Source: the human T2T-CHM13v2.0 reference genome, Homo sapiens. From it: a DNA stretch of 64,000 nucleotides. Below, piece after piece: positions 1 through 18,879 of this stretch (the first letter of the stretch is position 1; each line of letters starts with the position of its first letter). Under the pieces are notes generated by a model that was given only the letters and a program-made list of their open reading frames with translations, searched no databases and was not told the DNA's origin. The stretch is taken from the NCBI RefSeq assembly GCF_009914755.1, contig NC_060940.1; one strand, written 5' to 3'. The translations under genes and the position numbers were made by a program.

Positions 1-24
1 TGGTGAGGTTTAAAAAAGGAAATT

Positions 25-252
25 GGATTTGGAGTCTAAGGGACCTAAATTCCAAACTTGGCTGCTGATTCTGGGAAGTGTTGGGCAAGTTCCTTAATTT
101 CTGTGAGCCTCAGTTTCCTTAGCTTTAAAATAGAGTCAGTGAAAATTCTCCCACAGACTGGTTGTAAGAACTAAATGTGGTAACGCATGCAGAAAGCCCA
201 GTGTGATGCTTGACACACGGTAAGTGCTCAATTATCTGTAGTAATTATCATT
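25..252 (+). mobile_element. MIR SINE
   Basis: Core ...ttgggcaagttccttaatttctgtgagcctcagtttcc... and tail gtaagtgctcaat match the MIR consensus. Confidence 0.8.
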
Positions 253-278
253 TTTATGATGAAGAATATCATGATCCT

Positions 279-824
<546 letters not shown>

Positions 825-829
825 TTACA

Positions 830-1037
830 GCAAGGTTTCTCCACCTTGGTGCTATACACATTGTGAGCTGAATAATTCTCTGTTGCGGGAAGCTGCTCTA
901 TGCACTGTAGGATGTCAGCAGCATCACTGGCTAATGAGATGCCAGTAGCACTTGTCCACAGCTGTGACAACCAAAAGTGTCTCCAGACATTTCCAAATGT
1001 CCCACGGAGACAAAACTGCCCCCCTTGAGGAATACTG
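830..1037 (-). mobile_element. MER20 (hAT-Charlie DNA transposon)
   Basis: gtgacaaccaaaagtgtctccagacatttccaaatgtccc is the reverse complement of the MER20 core. Confidence 0.85.
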
Positions 1038-1313
1038 CTCTACAGGAAGTGGATTCCCTTCCTAGTCTAATTGGTCACTGTATCCTGGGTGGATGCCACC
1101 TCTTCTGGGAAGACCCCCTGCCTTCCTTATGCAGAATTCACCGCTCCCTTCATTGCCTCGTAAGTGTTTGTTTGCTTATCTGTGTGGTCTGCTAGACTGG
1201 GAGCCCCACAAGGGCCAGCTTCATTCAGATCTGTGTCTGGAGTTGGCACAGAGTGGAAGGTAGTGAACAGAGCAGGAAAGGTTAAACAAAAAAGTGGTTA
1301 AAAAATCAAAAGA

Positions 1314-1622
<309 letters not shown>

Positions 1623-2312
1623 CAAAACTAAAAAATAATAGATGTTGGCATGGATGTGGTGAAAAGGGAACTCTTTTACATTGTTGGTGGGAATGTAAAC
1701 TAGCATAGCTACTATGGAAAACAGTATGGAGATTCCTTAAAGAGCTAAAAGTAGATCTACCATTCAGTCTAGCAATCCCACTACTGGGTATATACCCAAA
1801 GACAAAGAAGTCGTATGAAAAAGACACACGCACACACATGTCTACAGAAGCACAATTCTCAATTGCAAAAATTATGGAACCAACTCAGATGCCCATCAAC
1901 CAACCAGTGGATAAAGAAAATTTGGTACCCATACACCATGGAATACTACTCAGCCATAAAAGGCAATGAAATAATGGCCTTTGCAGCAACTTGGATGGAC
2001 TTGGAAGCCATTATTCTAAGTGAAGTAACTCAGGAATGGAAAACCAAGTATCATATGTTCTCACTGATAAGTGGGAGCTAAGCTATGAGGATGCAAAGGC
2101 GGCATACGAGTAATATAATGGACTTTTGGAATTCAGAGAGAAGGGTGAAGGTGATGAGGCATCAAAAACTACATATTGAGTACAGTGTACCCTGCTAGGG
2201 TGATAGGTACATCAAAATCTCAGAAATCACCACTAAAGAACATAACCATGTAACAAAAAACCACCTGTTCCCCAAAAAGTATTGAAATAAAATTTAAAAA
2301 AATTAAAAAATA
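1623..2312 (+). mobile_element. L1PB-type 3' fragment (ORF2 end + 3'UTR)
   Basis: ORF track 1815-2081 reads ...[29 protein letters not shown]...; L1PB-like 3'UTR and A-tail. Confidence 0.88.
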
Positions 2313-2599
2313 AACTGTTATTTTCTGAGCACCTACTGTATACCAAAGACAAAGCCTAAACTGCTTGCAGGCATGATTTCCTTCAATCTTCTCAATGGGT
2401 TGGTCAAGTATTTATTTTTGTGCCCATTTTACTGATGAAGAACTGAGGCTTAGAAGAAACTCAGTTAGAGACACATGGCAAGTATTTGAATGGGCTTAGG
2501 GTTTGAACCCACATTCTCCCCAGTTTGTGCTGCACCCTAGAGGTCTCCCATCTGCCAAGGGCTTTATCAAATGCATTCCTTGTCCCATGGATGAGATCA

Positions 2600-3151
<552 letters not shown>

Positions 3152-4078
3152 TCAAACACCAGCTGGCCCTTAGCTCTTGGAACATTAGTCTGCAGGGGGA
3201 ACAGATCCTGGTGCATGAAGGAGGCATCTCCCATCCTAGACTTGACCACTCCCCAGTGCAGCTGCTTCTCGTTGTTTCAGAGATTCTGAGAAATATGTTA
3301 AATAGGCTAAGGGAGACATACAAAGTGGACAGCAGACTCCAAAAGGTTAATATCTTCCTTTTCAGATGGTTCCCACAGTTGCCATGGATATCTCCTACAG
3401 GAGGCTTTGCAAGTTCCACATGAAGGGGCTGAAATTAATAAACTCCTTTGAACTCAGAGGAAACAAACCAGGTGGGGCTAAAAATGCTGCAGCCTGTTTG
3501 TATCCATCTTGGACAGGGGGGCCTAGAAGAGCAGGTGTGTGTGCAAAGGGCGTTTGGGTGTTTATCTGTGGGTATGTGTGCGTTTCAACCACACATATGC
3601 GACTGTATGTGTGCCTTTGGTTTGTCTGTGTATACACATGAAAGAGGGTCAGAAAAGGACTAGACTGTCTGCATATCCCAAAGGGCAAAGATTTATTTGA
3701 TGATAGTTTCCCCAACTAGGCGGCAATATATTCAAGGTCAAGGGCTGTTTTTTATTTGTCTCTGCAATCCCATTAGCACCTAGCCTGGTGCCTTGTGGAT
3801 GTTCAGCAACTGTCTATTGAACAGTTTCATCTGTTCATTTAACAAATAATTTTGAGGGCCTGGCACTGTGCTACGCACAGAGGTTATTACCACAGTGACT
3901 AAGACAGAGATTCTTTCTTCATGGAGCTTAGGAGCATGAGACAGGTGGACGAATGGGCTGAAGGATGAATTCTCAAATGAAAAGTCATATAAGTACCTTT
4001 CCTGTGGTTCATGTGTGTAAACGTGTGCACGTGTGTATGTATGTGCACACAGGTATTTATAAAGAGACAAAAGAATTA

Positions 4079-4465
<387 letters not shown>

Positions 4466-4529
4466 TCAACACGTCCTGCCTCTGTTGCTAATCAGCTATA
4501 CCTCCTTAGTCAATCAGAGCCACAGTTTA

Positions 4530-4870
4530 CTCACATTGAATATTTTTGGCACACCTACCATGTGTGAGGTACGTTCCCCGCCCTGGGACATAGCAAGGAG
4601 TAGAGCAGACATCAATCCCCACCGTCATTGAGTAATGATTCTAAAACTCAGTGAGTGCCAGAATGGCAAGAGGCTCCAAGGTGGCCCAGGGAAGCAGGGA
4701 AGGTGTCTGAAGGAAGTGACTCTTCCACCGAGACATGAAGGATGTATAAGAATCGGTTAAGTGACAGGTAGAGGGGAAAGAGTCCCAGGCAGAAAAAATA
4801 GTGTGCACAGAGGTCTTGAGGCAAGAGCAATTATGGCACGTTTGAAAAGCTGGAGGATATTGAATACAGC
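4530..4870 (-). mobile_element. L2 fragment
   Basis: cattgaatatttttggcacacctaccatgtg...gaaagagtcccaggcagaa...tgtgcacagaggtcttgaggc resembles the antisense L2 3' region. Confidence 0.6.
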
Positions 4871-4904
4871 AGCAGCACTGTGTGTAAAGGGGAGGAAAGG
4901 CTGT

Positions 4905-5270
4905 ATGAATGGGTGTACATATGTGTCCATGCATGTGTGTGTGTGTGACTCAGTATGAGTGTGTCTCTGTATGTGTTTCCAGGCATGTGATTATGAGTGT
5001 GTATCTGAATAAGTGTGTGCATGTGTGTCTCGGTATGTATGTACATGTGTGGTATGTGTGTCTGAGTGTGTCTGTGTTTTTAAGCATAGTGCGAGTGTGT
5101 GTGTCTCCATGTATGTGAGTCTGTGTGTGCATGTGTTCCCATGCAAGTGTGTGCAAGACTGAATGGCTGTCTGTGTGCATGTGTGTCTAAGCATGTGTTT
5201 ATGCATGTGTCTGAATGAGTGTGTGAGTTTGTGTGTGTGTGTGTGTCCAGGCATATGAGTGTGGGTGAGT
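4905..5270 (+). repeat. Degenerate (TG)n low-complexity tract
   Basis: About 360 bp of imperfect tgtg/catg/tatg repeats. Confidence 0.9.
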
Positions 5271-5494
5271 ACACATCCTTACAAAGAAGTTTGCAGATAC
5301 TACGACCAGAAAGCCACAGATAAAGGAATAAGACTTCCTATGGGAGTTCTGTAACCACAGAGCAAAATCAATATTCTAACCGAATTGCTTTTATAGATAA
5401 TGTATTATGTGAGAAAAGTTTTAATTAAAGTGTGGCCTCTAAGAAGGTTGCTCCAAGACTCACAGATTTCACTGTTCTGCTCAGACAGAGCTCA

Positions 5495-6200
<706 letters not shown>

Positions 6201-6413
6201 TTAGCCAAAGAAAATAATCACTCAAATGGGGCAGATTAAGTGTAAAAAGTTGCTCATCAAAGCATCATGAAGATGCAACTCTTGTTATGATGGTGTGATC
6301 TTTCCCATAATTGGCCTCTAAAGGCTGAGAACAAAAGGTCATAAACATTCCACATTTTAAGTATAGTAACCACCAATATTTGGCCAGCTTTCTCCCTGAA
6401 AGTTTAGGTTTCA

Positions 6414-6622
6414 GGTAGTGGTGTGCTGGTAAATGTTTAACAAACAGCTATGGAGTGGAGGTGGAGATGGGGGGTTGTCAGATGATACAAATTTCCATGG
6501 TGTAAATACTCCCACCAGGGCTGATTCTGCGCTTCCAATGCGTGCTTGCTGAATGCAGAGTTTTGAAGAGATACTAACAATTGGCCCTCACGAGCCAATA
6601 TGAGCACCTTCAGCATACGATG
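6414..6622 (-). mobile_element. MER63A-like hAT-Blackjack MITE
   Basis: Terminus gtggtgtgctggtaaatgtttaaca and internal ccatggtgtaaatactcccacca. Confidence 0.75.
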
Positions 6623-7380
6623 GGATAGAGGAGCCACTTCTGCTGAAGCAATGCTGATTCCTTGCAATGCATGCTCCACAGCACATATAAGTCAGGGAGG
6701 GAGAGTGAAGTTATCCTTTGGAGAGGCGCAGCGTTGGTGCAGAGAGATTCTCCCTACTTCCGCTTACTTCCCCAGAGGTTCTACTCCTCGTTGCAAAATG
6801 AGGGATGCACAAAGCAAATAGCTCACTAAGTTGGGAGGCATTTATAAGAAGGGGCTGCCAGACTCTCTCTCTCTGCTTGCTGACCAGTTTAGTGCTTCCT
6901 GAGCTAATTAAGAAGGCATTGGGACACAATAATGGTGCAGACTGACCACAAGGCTGATAGGAGACAAGGACCACTTTCTTTCAAGTCCCAGCTTTGCAAG
7001 TGGAATGGAAGATGGATGAGGGGAAAGGGCACTCTAAATAGCGTGTGAAATTGACATTGTCCAATGATCAAGACTGAATCTTCAGAACCAAGCTCAAACA
7101 GAGACTTTTAATACTAGGATGTATCTGTCTGAACCACACTAGTGATTTCCTTGAGGAAGCCTGCTAGGTAACAGGATAGGAAAAATTTGAAAGGGCAGAG
7201 TTAACAGCAGCTATTGGAAAAGAATACATTTTTCTGGTTTTACCTCAATGACTTGAGGCTTGTCAATCAAATTGGTCACACTTTTGAAATAACCTAAGTA
7301 TCCATCAAGCAGGAATTCAGTATAATACAGCACATCCATTTATTCAAACAGCATGCAGATATTCAAAGATGTTAATACCC

Positions 7381-7382
<2 letters not shown>

Positions 7383-7418
<36 letters not shown>
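7383..7418 (+). repeat. (TG)18 microsatellite
   Basis: Perfect TG run. Confidence 0.97.
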
Positions 7419-7422
<4 letters not shown>

Positions 7423-8060
7423 CTGTATCTTAATTCAAGTACCACCAAATAATCACTGATATATGCTTCTTTGAGGTTTTTAAAACTTAAATTTTATAGT
7501 CTCATTTTTAACTAGACAGTTAATAACTCTGTGAATTAAAAACATCTCTTTTCCTTGGGTCTACTCTGATATAGTCAACACTGGAGAATTCAAAATCACA
7601 GTATAGTCTTTCTACCATAGTTGCTACCAAGAAAAGATGACTGCAATAAATGAAAAGATGACCACAATAAATAGGTGAGTGGGAATAAAAAGTGATTTAC
7701 AAATAATTATGTACAATATGACCTTGCTTTTGTAAAAGAATAAAAAAGTGTATAACCATATATATAGGAAAACATCTGGAAATGTACACACTAAAATGTC
7801 AAGAGTAGTTGCTCTGGGTGGGGTATGGTATATAGACCTTTATTTAATCATTTGCTCAACTTGCCATTCTTTGGTTAATACTTATTAAGTTCTCACTGTG
7901 TATCAGAGACACTGCTAGCCACCCATACTTCCCTGTTTTATCTAGTATTTTACAGATCTTTTGCCTTATAATTAACATGCATCAAAAAAATCAGGACAGG
8001 AAAAGAGAGAGCTTTTATTTTGCTGAAAAAACGAAGTACTCAGCCCACAGTACTTAGAAC

Positions 8061-8615
8061 TCAAAGGGTACTTAGTAATGGTGGCCATGATTGTATCATT
8101 CTGTGAATCTTGGCTCTTCCTCTGCTATAGCTTCTAGAACAATCGTTGTAACAACAACAGTGATAGGCGGTTCCAAGATGGCTGAATAGGAACAGCTCCA
8201 GTCTACAGCTCCCATCACGAGCGACGCAGAAGATGGGTGATTTCTGCATTTCCAACTGAGGTACTGGGTTCATCTCACAGGAGAGTGTCGGACAGTGGGT
8301 GCAGGACAGCGGGTGCAGCGCACCGAGCGTGAGCAGAAGCAGGGTGAGGCATCGCCTCACGTGGGAAGTGCAAGGGGTCAGGGAATTCCCTTTCCTAGCC
8401 AAGCAAAGCTGTGACAGATGGCACCTGGAAAATTGGGTCACTCGCACCATAATACTGTGCTTTTCCAATGGTCTTAGCAAACGGCACACCAGGAGATTAT
8501 AGCCCGTGCCTGGCTCGGAGGGTCCTAAGCCCACGGAGCCCTGCTCACTGCTAGCACAGCAGTCTGAGATCGAACTGCAAGGCAGCAGTGAGGCTGGGGT
8601 AGGGGCACCCACCAT
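8061..8615 (-). CDS. L1 antisense ORF0, extended to 184 aa into flanking DNA (expression unknown)
   Basis: N-terminus MVGAPTPASLLPCSSISDCCAS...GPSEPG.GYNL matches primate L1 ORF0; no stop until 8061. Confidence 0.6.
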   Translation of the reverse strand: MVGAPTPASLLPCSSISDCCASSEQGSVGLGPSEPGTGYNLLVCRLLRPLEKHSIMVRVTQFSRCHLSQLCLARKGNSLTPCTSHVRRCLTLLLLTLGALHPLSCTHCPTLSCEMNPVPQLEMQKSPIFCVARDGSCRLELFLFSHLGTAYHCCCYNDCSRSYSRGRAKIHRMIQSWPPLLSTL

Positions 8616-9187
8616 TGCTGAGGCTTGAGTAGGTAAACAAAGCAGCCAGGAAGCTCAAACTGGGTGGAGCCCACCGCAGCTCAAGGAAGCCTGCCTGCCT
8701 CTGTAGACTCCTCTGGGGGCAGGGCATAGCCAAACAAAAGGCAGCAGAAACCTCTGCAGACTTAAATGTCCCTGTCTGACAGCTTTGAAGAGAGTAGTGG
8801 TTCTCCCAGCACGGAGTTTGAGATCTGAGAACGGACAGACTGCCTCCTCAAGTGGGTCCCTGACCCCCGAGTAGCCTAACTGGGAGGCACCCCCCAGTAG
8901 GGGCAGACTGACACCTCACACGGCCGGGTACCCCTCTGAGACGAAACTTCCAGAGGAACGATCAGGCAGCAACATTTGCTGTTCAGCAATATTCGCTGTT
9001 CTGCAGCCTCCGCTGCTGATACCCATGCAAACAGGGTGTGGAGTGGACTTCCAGCAAACTCCAACAGACCTGCAGCTGAGGGTCCTGACTGTTAGAAGGA
9101 AAACTAACAAACAGAAAGGACATCCACACCAAAACCCCATCTGTACGTCACCATCATCAAAGACCAAAGGTAGATAAAACCGCAAAG

Positions 9188-10210
9188 ATGGGGAAAAAAC
9201 AGAGCAGAAAAGCTGAAAATTCTAAAAATCAGAGCGCCTCTCCTCCTCCAAAGGAATGCAGCTCCTCACCAGCAACGGAACAAAGCTGGTGTTTTGTTTT
9301 GCATGACTTTGATGAGCTGAGAGAAGAAGGCTTCAGATGATCAAACTTCTCCCAGCTAAGGAGGAAGTTTGAACCCATGGCAAAGAAGTTAAAAACCTTG
9401 AAAAAAGATTAGACAAATCGCTAACTAGAATAACCAATGCAGAGAAGTCCTTAAAGGACCTGATGGAGCTGAAAACTATGGCATGAGAACTACGTGACAA
9501 ATGCACAAGCTTCAGTAGCCAATTCAATCAACTGGAAGAAAGGGTATCAGTGATGGAAGATCAAATGAATGAAATGAAGTGAGAAGAGAAGTTTAGAGAA
9601 AAAAGAATGAAAAGAAACGAACGAAGCCTCCAAGAAATATGGGACTATGTGAAAAGACCAAATCTACGTCTGATTGGTGTACCTGAAAGTGACGGGGAGA
9701 ATGGAACCAAGTTGGAAAACACTCTGCAGGATATCATCCAGGAGAACTTCCCCAACCTAACAAGGCAGGCCAACATTTAAATTCAGGAAATACAGGGAAC
9801 GCCACAAAGATACTCCTTGAGAAGAGCAACTCCAAGACACATAATTGTCAGATTCACCAAAGTTGAAATGAAGGAAAAAATGTTAAGGGCAGCCAGAGAG
9901 AAAGGTCAGGTTACCCACAAAGGGAAGCCCATCACACTAACAGCTGATCTCTCGGCAGAAACTCTACAAGCCAGAAGAGAGTGGGGGCCAATATTCAACA
10001 TTCTTAAAGAAAAGAATTTTCAACCCAGAATTTCATATCCAGCCAAACTAAGCTTCATAAGTGAAGGAGAAGTAAAATACTTTACAGACAAGCAACTGCT
10101 GAGAGATTTTGTCACCACCTGGCCTGCCCTAAAAGAGCTCCTGAAGGAAGCACTAAACATGGAAAGGAATAACCAGTACCAGCCATGGCAAAAACATGCC
10201 CAAATTGTAA
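9188..10210 (+). pseudogene. L1 ORF1p, disrupted
   Basis: ATG GGG AAA AAA CAG at 9188; in-frame TGA near 9338, further stops and frameshifts; C-terminal RRATPRHIIVRFTKVEMKEK in the ORF track. Confidence 0.93.
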
Positions 10211-10273
10211 AGACCATCGAGGCTAGGAAGAAACTGCATCAACTAACGAGCAAAATAACCAGCTAACATCATA

Positions 10274-14097
<3,824 letters not shown>

Positions 14098-15432
14098 ACA
14101 ATGAGAACACTTGGACACAGGAAGGGGAGCATCACACACTGGGGCCTGTCGTGGGGTGGGGGGATGGGGGAGGGATAGCATTAGGAGATACACCGAATGT
14201 AAATGACGAGTTAATGGGTGCAGCACACCAACATGGCACATGTATACATATGTAACAAACCTGCATGTTGTGCACATGTACCCTAGAACTTAAAGTATAA
14301 TAAAAAATATTTAAGAAAAAAACAACAGTGATGATAGCCTGTATTGATATAGTATTTGTTACATGCCAGGGCGGGGTTCTGAATACTGATTTGGCTCAAA
14401 ATAACTCTATGAGGTAACTATCATTCCCATTTTACACATCAGGAAACTGGAGGCAGAAATATTGTTCCTGCAATAACAGGTCTCCTCCCTCCATAAGTGC
14501 AACCTGGCCTGAGACTTGGGGCACTGTCTTCACCCCACCCCATCCCTGAAACTGCTCTGATAGGAACAATAGACCTATACACACAGGCACACACCCAGAA
14601 ATAGATTGGGATGGTTCTGGCCTGGGTTATTGTGGGTGACTCAGACGGTCAGAGAAAAAGGTAATGTAACGCAGACAAATGTGAGATAATAAGTCTGAAG
14701 CCAATGAAACAAAGGAGAGGGAGAGCACATACTAAATAAAAAGTCATGAGTCCCTGCAGCCTGGAAAGGGATTTAGAGTTTACTGTTAAAAAAAAACAAA
14801 AAAAAACAAAAAAAACAAAAAAAAAACAACAACAACAAAAAGAAAACCCTCCTTGAAATTGTCAGCACTTTGTACTATCAGAGTACACTTGGGAATCGAG
14901 GGGCTCCTGTGTCCATGCCTGTGGCATCTTTATCCACTGATGGAGGCCAGGAAGGAGGGGGTCTGGTCATTCCATCCTGCTGGGGTCAGGCTGGGAGCAG
15001 GAGAGCTGTTTCTGAGCCTCGGTGTGTCCACGGTGGATCCATGCTTATTCTGGGTCCCAAGCAAGAGGCTGGGCTGAAACAACAGGAATGTGTCCCTGTA
15101 GACAGCCCAGCAAGAAGTGGTGTAGGGTGGGGCAGAAGATGAGTTCCAGGATCTCAGAGTAAGGATTTGCATGGAGGCTGGAAAATCTGGAAGAAAGGCA
15201 AAGTACACGCGGATTGCAGATGGTCGGGGTGAATGGGAAGGCTTCAGCCAAACAGGATAGATGGCAGCCAGAAAGGAAGTGTACTGGGGGCTTGAATGGT
15301 CTAGAAAAGCCTGCTAGAAGATGGGGCAAAAAAGGTCAGATAATGCAAATATCCAGGGACAAAGCCCTCTGGGGGAGGAGGAGAGGTTTTGAGCATGGAG
15401 TGATGGGGATGGTTTAAACCAGGCCAGGAGCC

Positions 15433-15779
<347 letters not shown>

Positions 15780-15968
15780 TGATATTAACAAAAGCAAAAC
15801 CAACTAATTCAGTCTTCATACTTATAAGGTCAATATTATTATCCCTGATTTAAAGAGGAAGAAACTGAAGCACAGAGGGTTTGGGTAACTTAACCTCAGG
15901 TCACCCAACCAGCTAGTGACAGAGCTAGAATTCAAACCGAGGTCACCTGGCTGCATTGCATGTGCTCT

Positions 15969-16390
15969 TGACAAAGATTCTCAACTTGATCTGACTGTAG
16001 TCAGGCTTCTCAGAGACCTCTGTCCGAACAGGTCCTGACCTTGGTCTTTGTCCTTATTCCAGGCCCACTTTTAGCAAGAATCCTGTTGAGTCAGTTTATT
16101 GAAAATCTCCCACCCTCAGTATCTTATCACCCTGGTCCACCTTCAAAAGAAACCCTGTTAGGTCAGCTTAGTAAAGAATTACCCTATTTCTTAGTGAGCT
16201 TCCACCCACCAACCTCCACCCCACATCCCACTCCTTGCCTGTAAATTGCCTGTTTTCTGATTTTATTTGGAGTGGGACTCAGTATTTCTCCCCTACTTCA
16301 AAACCCCGTTGTAGTAGCTTCCCTTGAATAGTCTTTCTTGAAAGTCTAAAGACATCTTTAGCAGATGTCATTAATAATTTGTTTTTAATA
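15969..16390 (+). mobile_element. MER31-family ERV1 solo LTR
   Basis: Starts tgacaaagattctc...tagtcaggct; ttttagcaagaatcctgttgagtcagttta motifs; ends aataatttgtttttaata. Confidence 0.8.
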
Positions 16391-16395
16391 TTCTT

Positions 16396-16958
<563 letters not shown>

Positions 16959-18047
16959 TGTTTTTAATATTCTTAACCACTACACATACTCCTCTAATGT
17001 TAGACAAAAATAAAACTCATAAGAAGGACTCCAGTAAATGCCATAAGTCATTAGGGCCAAGCAGCATTGCCCTGGATCATTTCTAATTGGGTATCAAAAT
17101 AAGGCAAGAAGGGGAGAGAACAATTCTCTGTTTTGTCCTACACCATAGAGTAGCTTGGGCTTACAATGGCAACCATCAAAGCTAGAGGGATTCTTTGGAG
17201 CCCAGGCTGGGGGCAGAGCCACCAGCAGAAGAGAGCTCTATGGCAGGAATGACTAGTGCCTAGAAGAGTAGCTCAGGGATGCCTGAAAGCTAAAGGAGAG
17301 AACTCATTCTTGAGAAACCCTGGAAGAACCACTGAGACCCCAGCTGCCTGCAGAGACATTTGCACGAGGCCAAGACTACTGATGGGAGCAGGTGGGGCCA
17401 GCAGATGCTGGGGTATTCCGATTGCCCAGCCTGGTGAGCTTGCAAGAAATTGTAAATATTTCCCTCTTTTTCGTGACTCGTTACAGAGAGGCGAGATACA
17501 ATTTTCTTGGAGTGGGGGAGCAGAGTTGAACAAGTCCAGTTTACTCCGATTTCAAGAATGTTTCTATTAGGCTAAAGAAGATTCAGGATGCTTCGAGGAG
17601 GGAAACGATTTCAAGGTGACCTTGTGGAAGGAGCCGGCACTATGAAATGTTTTTGATCGAGTGGAACAAGATAAGCTGTTCATGTTGCGGAAGGGTTCAA
17701 AGCCCTGGACACCAGCTGAAATAAGAAAATTCAATTTCTGGCATAAGATTGTGTTTTTTCTGCCTTCTAGAAGAATGTACACATCTGCCCCTCTTCTCTC
17801 CCTAATGAAAGCATCGTGTTCCTCTGCAGTCGTTCCGACACAAACGGGGTCGTAAAGGCAGGTTTGCATGGCATAGGTGATACCACTGGCAGGTACTCAG
17901 ACACAGAGATGGCTGTTTCAGTCCAGAGGCTTCTAGGAAACTTCACACATGGCCAGGGCTGGGACCAGGGAGCGACCCAGGGCTATTTTGATATCATTGT
18001 GTTTTCTTTTGTTCTCCCACAAAAGACTCCTCCATGTTTATCGAAAA

Positions 18048-18250
18048 CATTGCTGTCCAGTAGAACTTTCTGCATTCATGGAAATGTTCTATGTCTGTAA
18101 TATTCAGTAGGGCATCTCCAACCACATGTGACTCCTGAGTACTTGAAATGTGGCCAGTGTGACAAAGAGATTCAATTTTTAATTTTATTTCATTTTAATT
18201 AATTTAAATAGCCTCGGGTGGCCAGCAGCTATCTCATTGGATAGCACAGT
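18048..18250 (+). mobile_element. MER3 (hAT-Charlie)
   Basis: gctgtccagtagaactttctgc...cttgaaatgtggccagtgtgac...attggatagcacag. Confidence 0.8.
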
Positions 18251-18294
18251 GCTGAAAGACTCAGTGGAAAGGGCATGATCCTCACGCCCACCTA

Positions 18295-18500
18295 GATTGG
18301 GCTTGAATTCTGCCTCTATCATTTGCTAGCTGTGTGACCTTGGGCAGGTTTCTTAACCTCTCTGACCCTCTCTCTCATCCTCACCTGAAAAATGGGGATG
18401 ATGATATCAGTGTTGCAGGATTTTGGTGGAAATGAGTTGCATGCACAGAATACACAGCAGGCCATGTGCAAGTAGTAAATCTTAGCTGTAGTTATTAATT
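18295..18500 (+). mobile_element. MIR
   Basis: gctgtgtgaccttgggcaggtttcttaacctctctga core. Confidence 0.8.
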
Positions 18501-18879
18501 CATAAGTATGTCTGTGGCTTCACAATTGACTTGGGATTTCTCAGTTGTGGACACGAACTCTTGCTAACAATGACGGGGCAAAGTGGAGGTAAGGAATGAG
18601 GGGTCTTCTGTGTTGGAGGCAATGGGGATCCTGCAGGGCTCAACCAGCAGGATGAGCTCAGACTCAGGGCCCCCCAACAGGCAGAAGGTGGACTTGAGGC
18701 ATTGTTGGGCGAGCAGGACCAGCCAGCTGCCCTTCCCCGCCCCCACCAGCCGGGCCTCCCTGATTACCGCCAAGGTGAGAGGAGGCCCCTCTCCTAAGAG
18801 GGCAAGGATGAGGAGAAGCAGACAGGGAGGGAGGGAGAGGAGAGCAAAGATGTGAGTTCATTGCAAACTCAGGAAAGAC

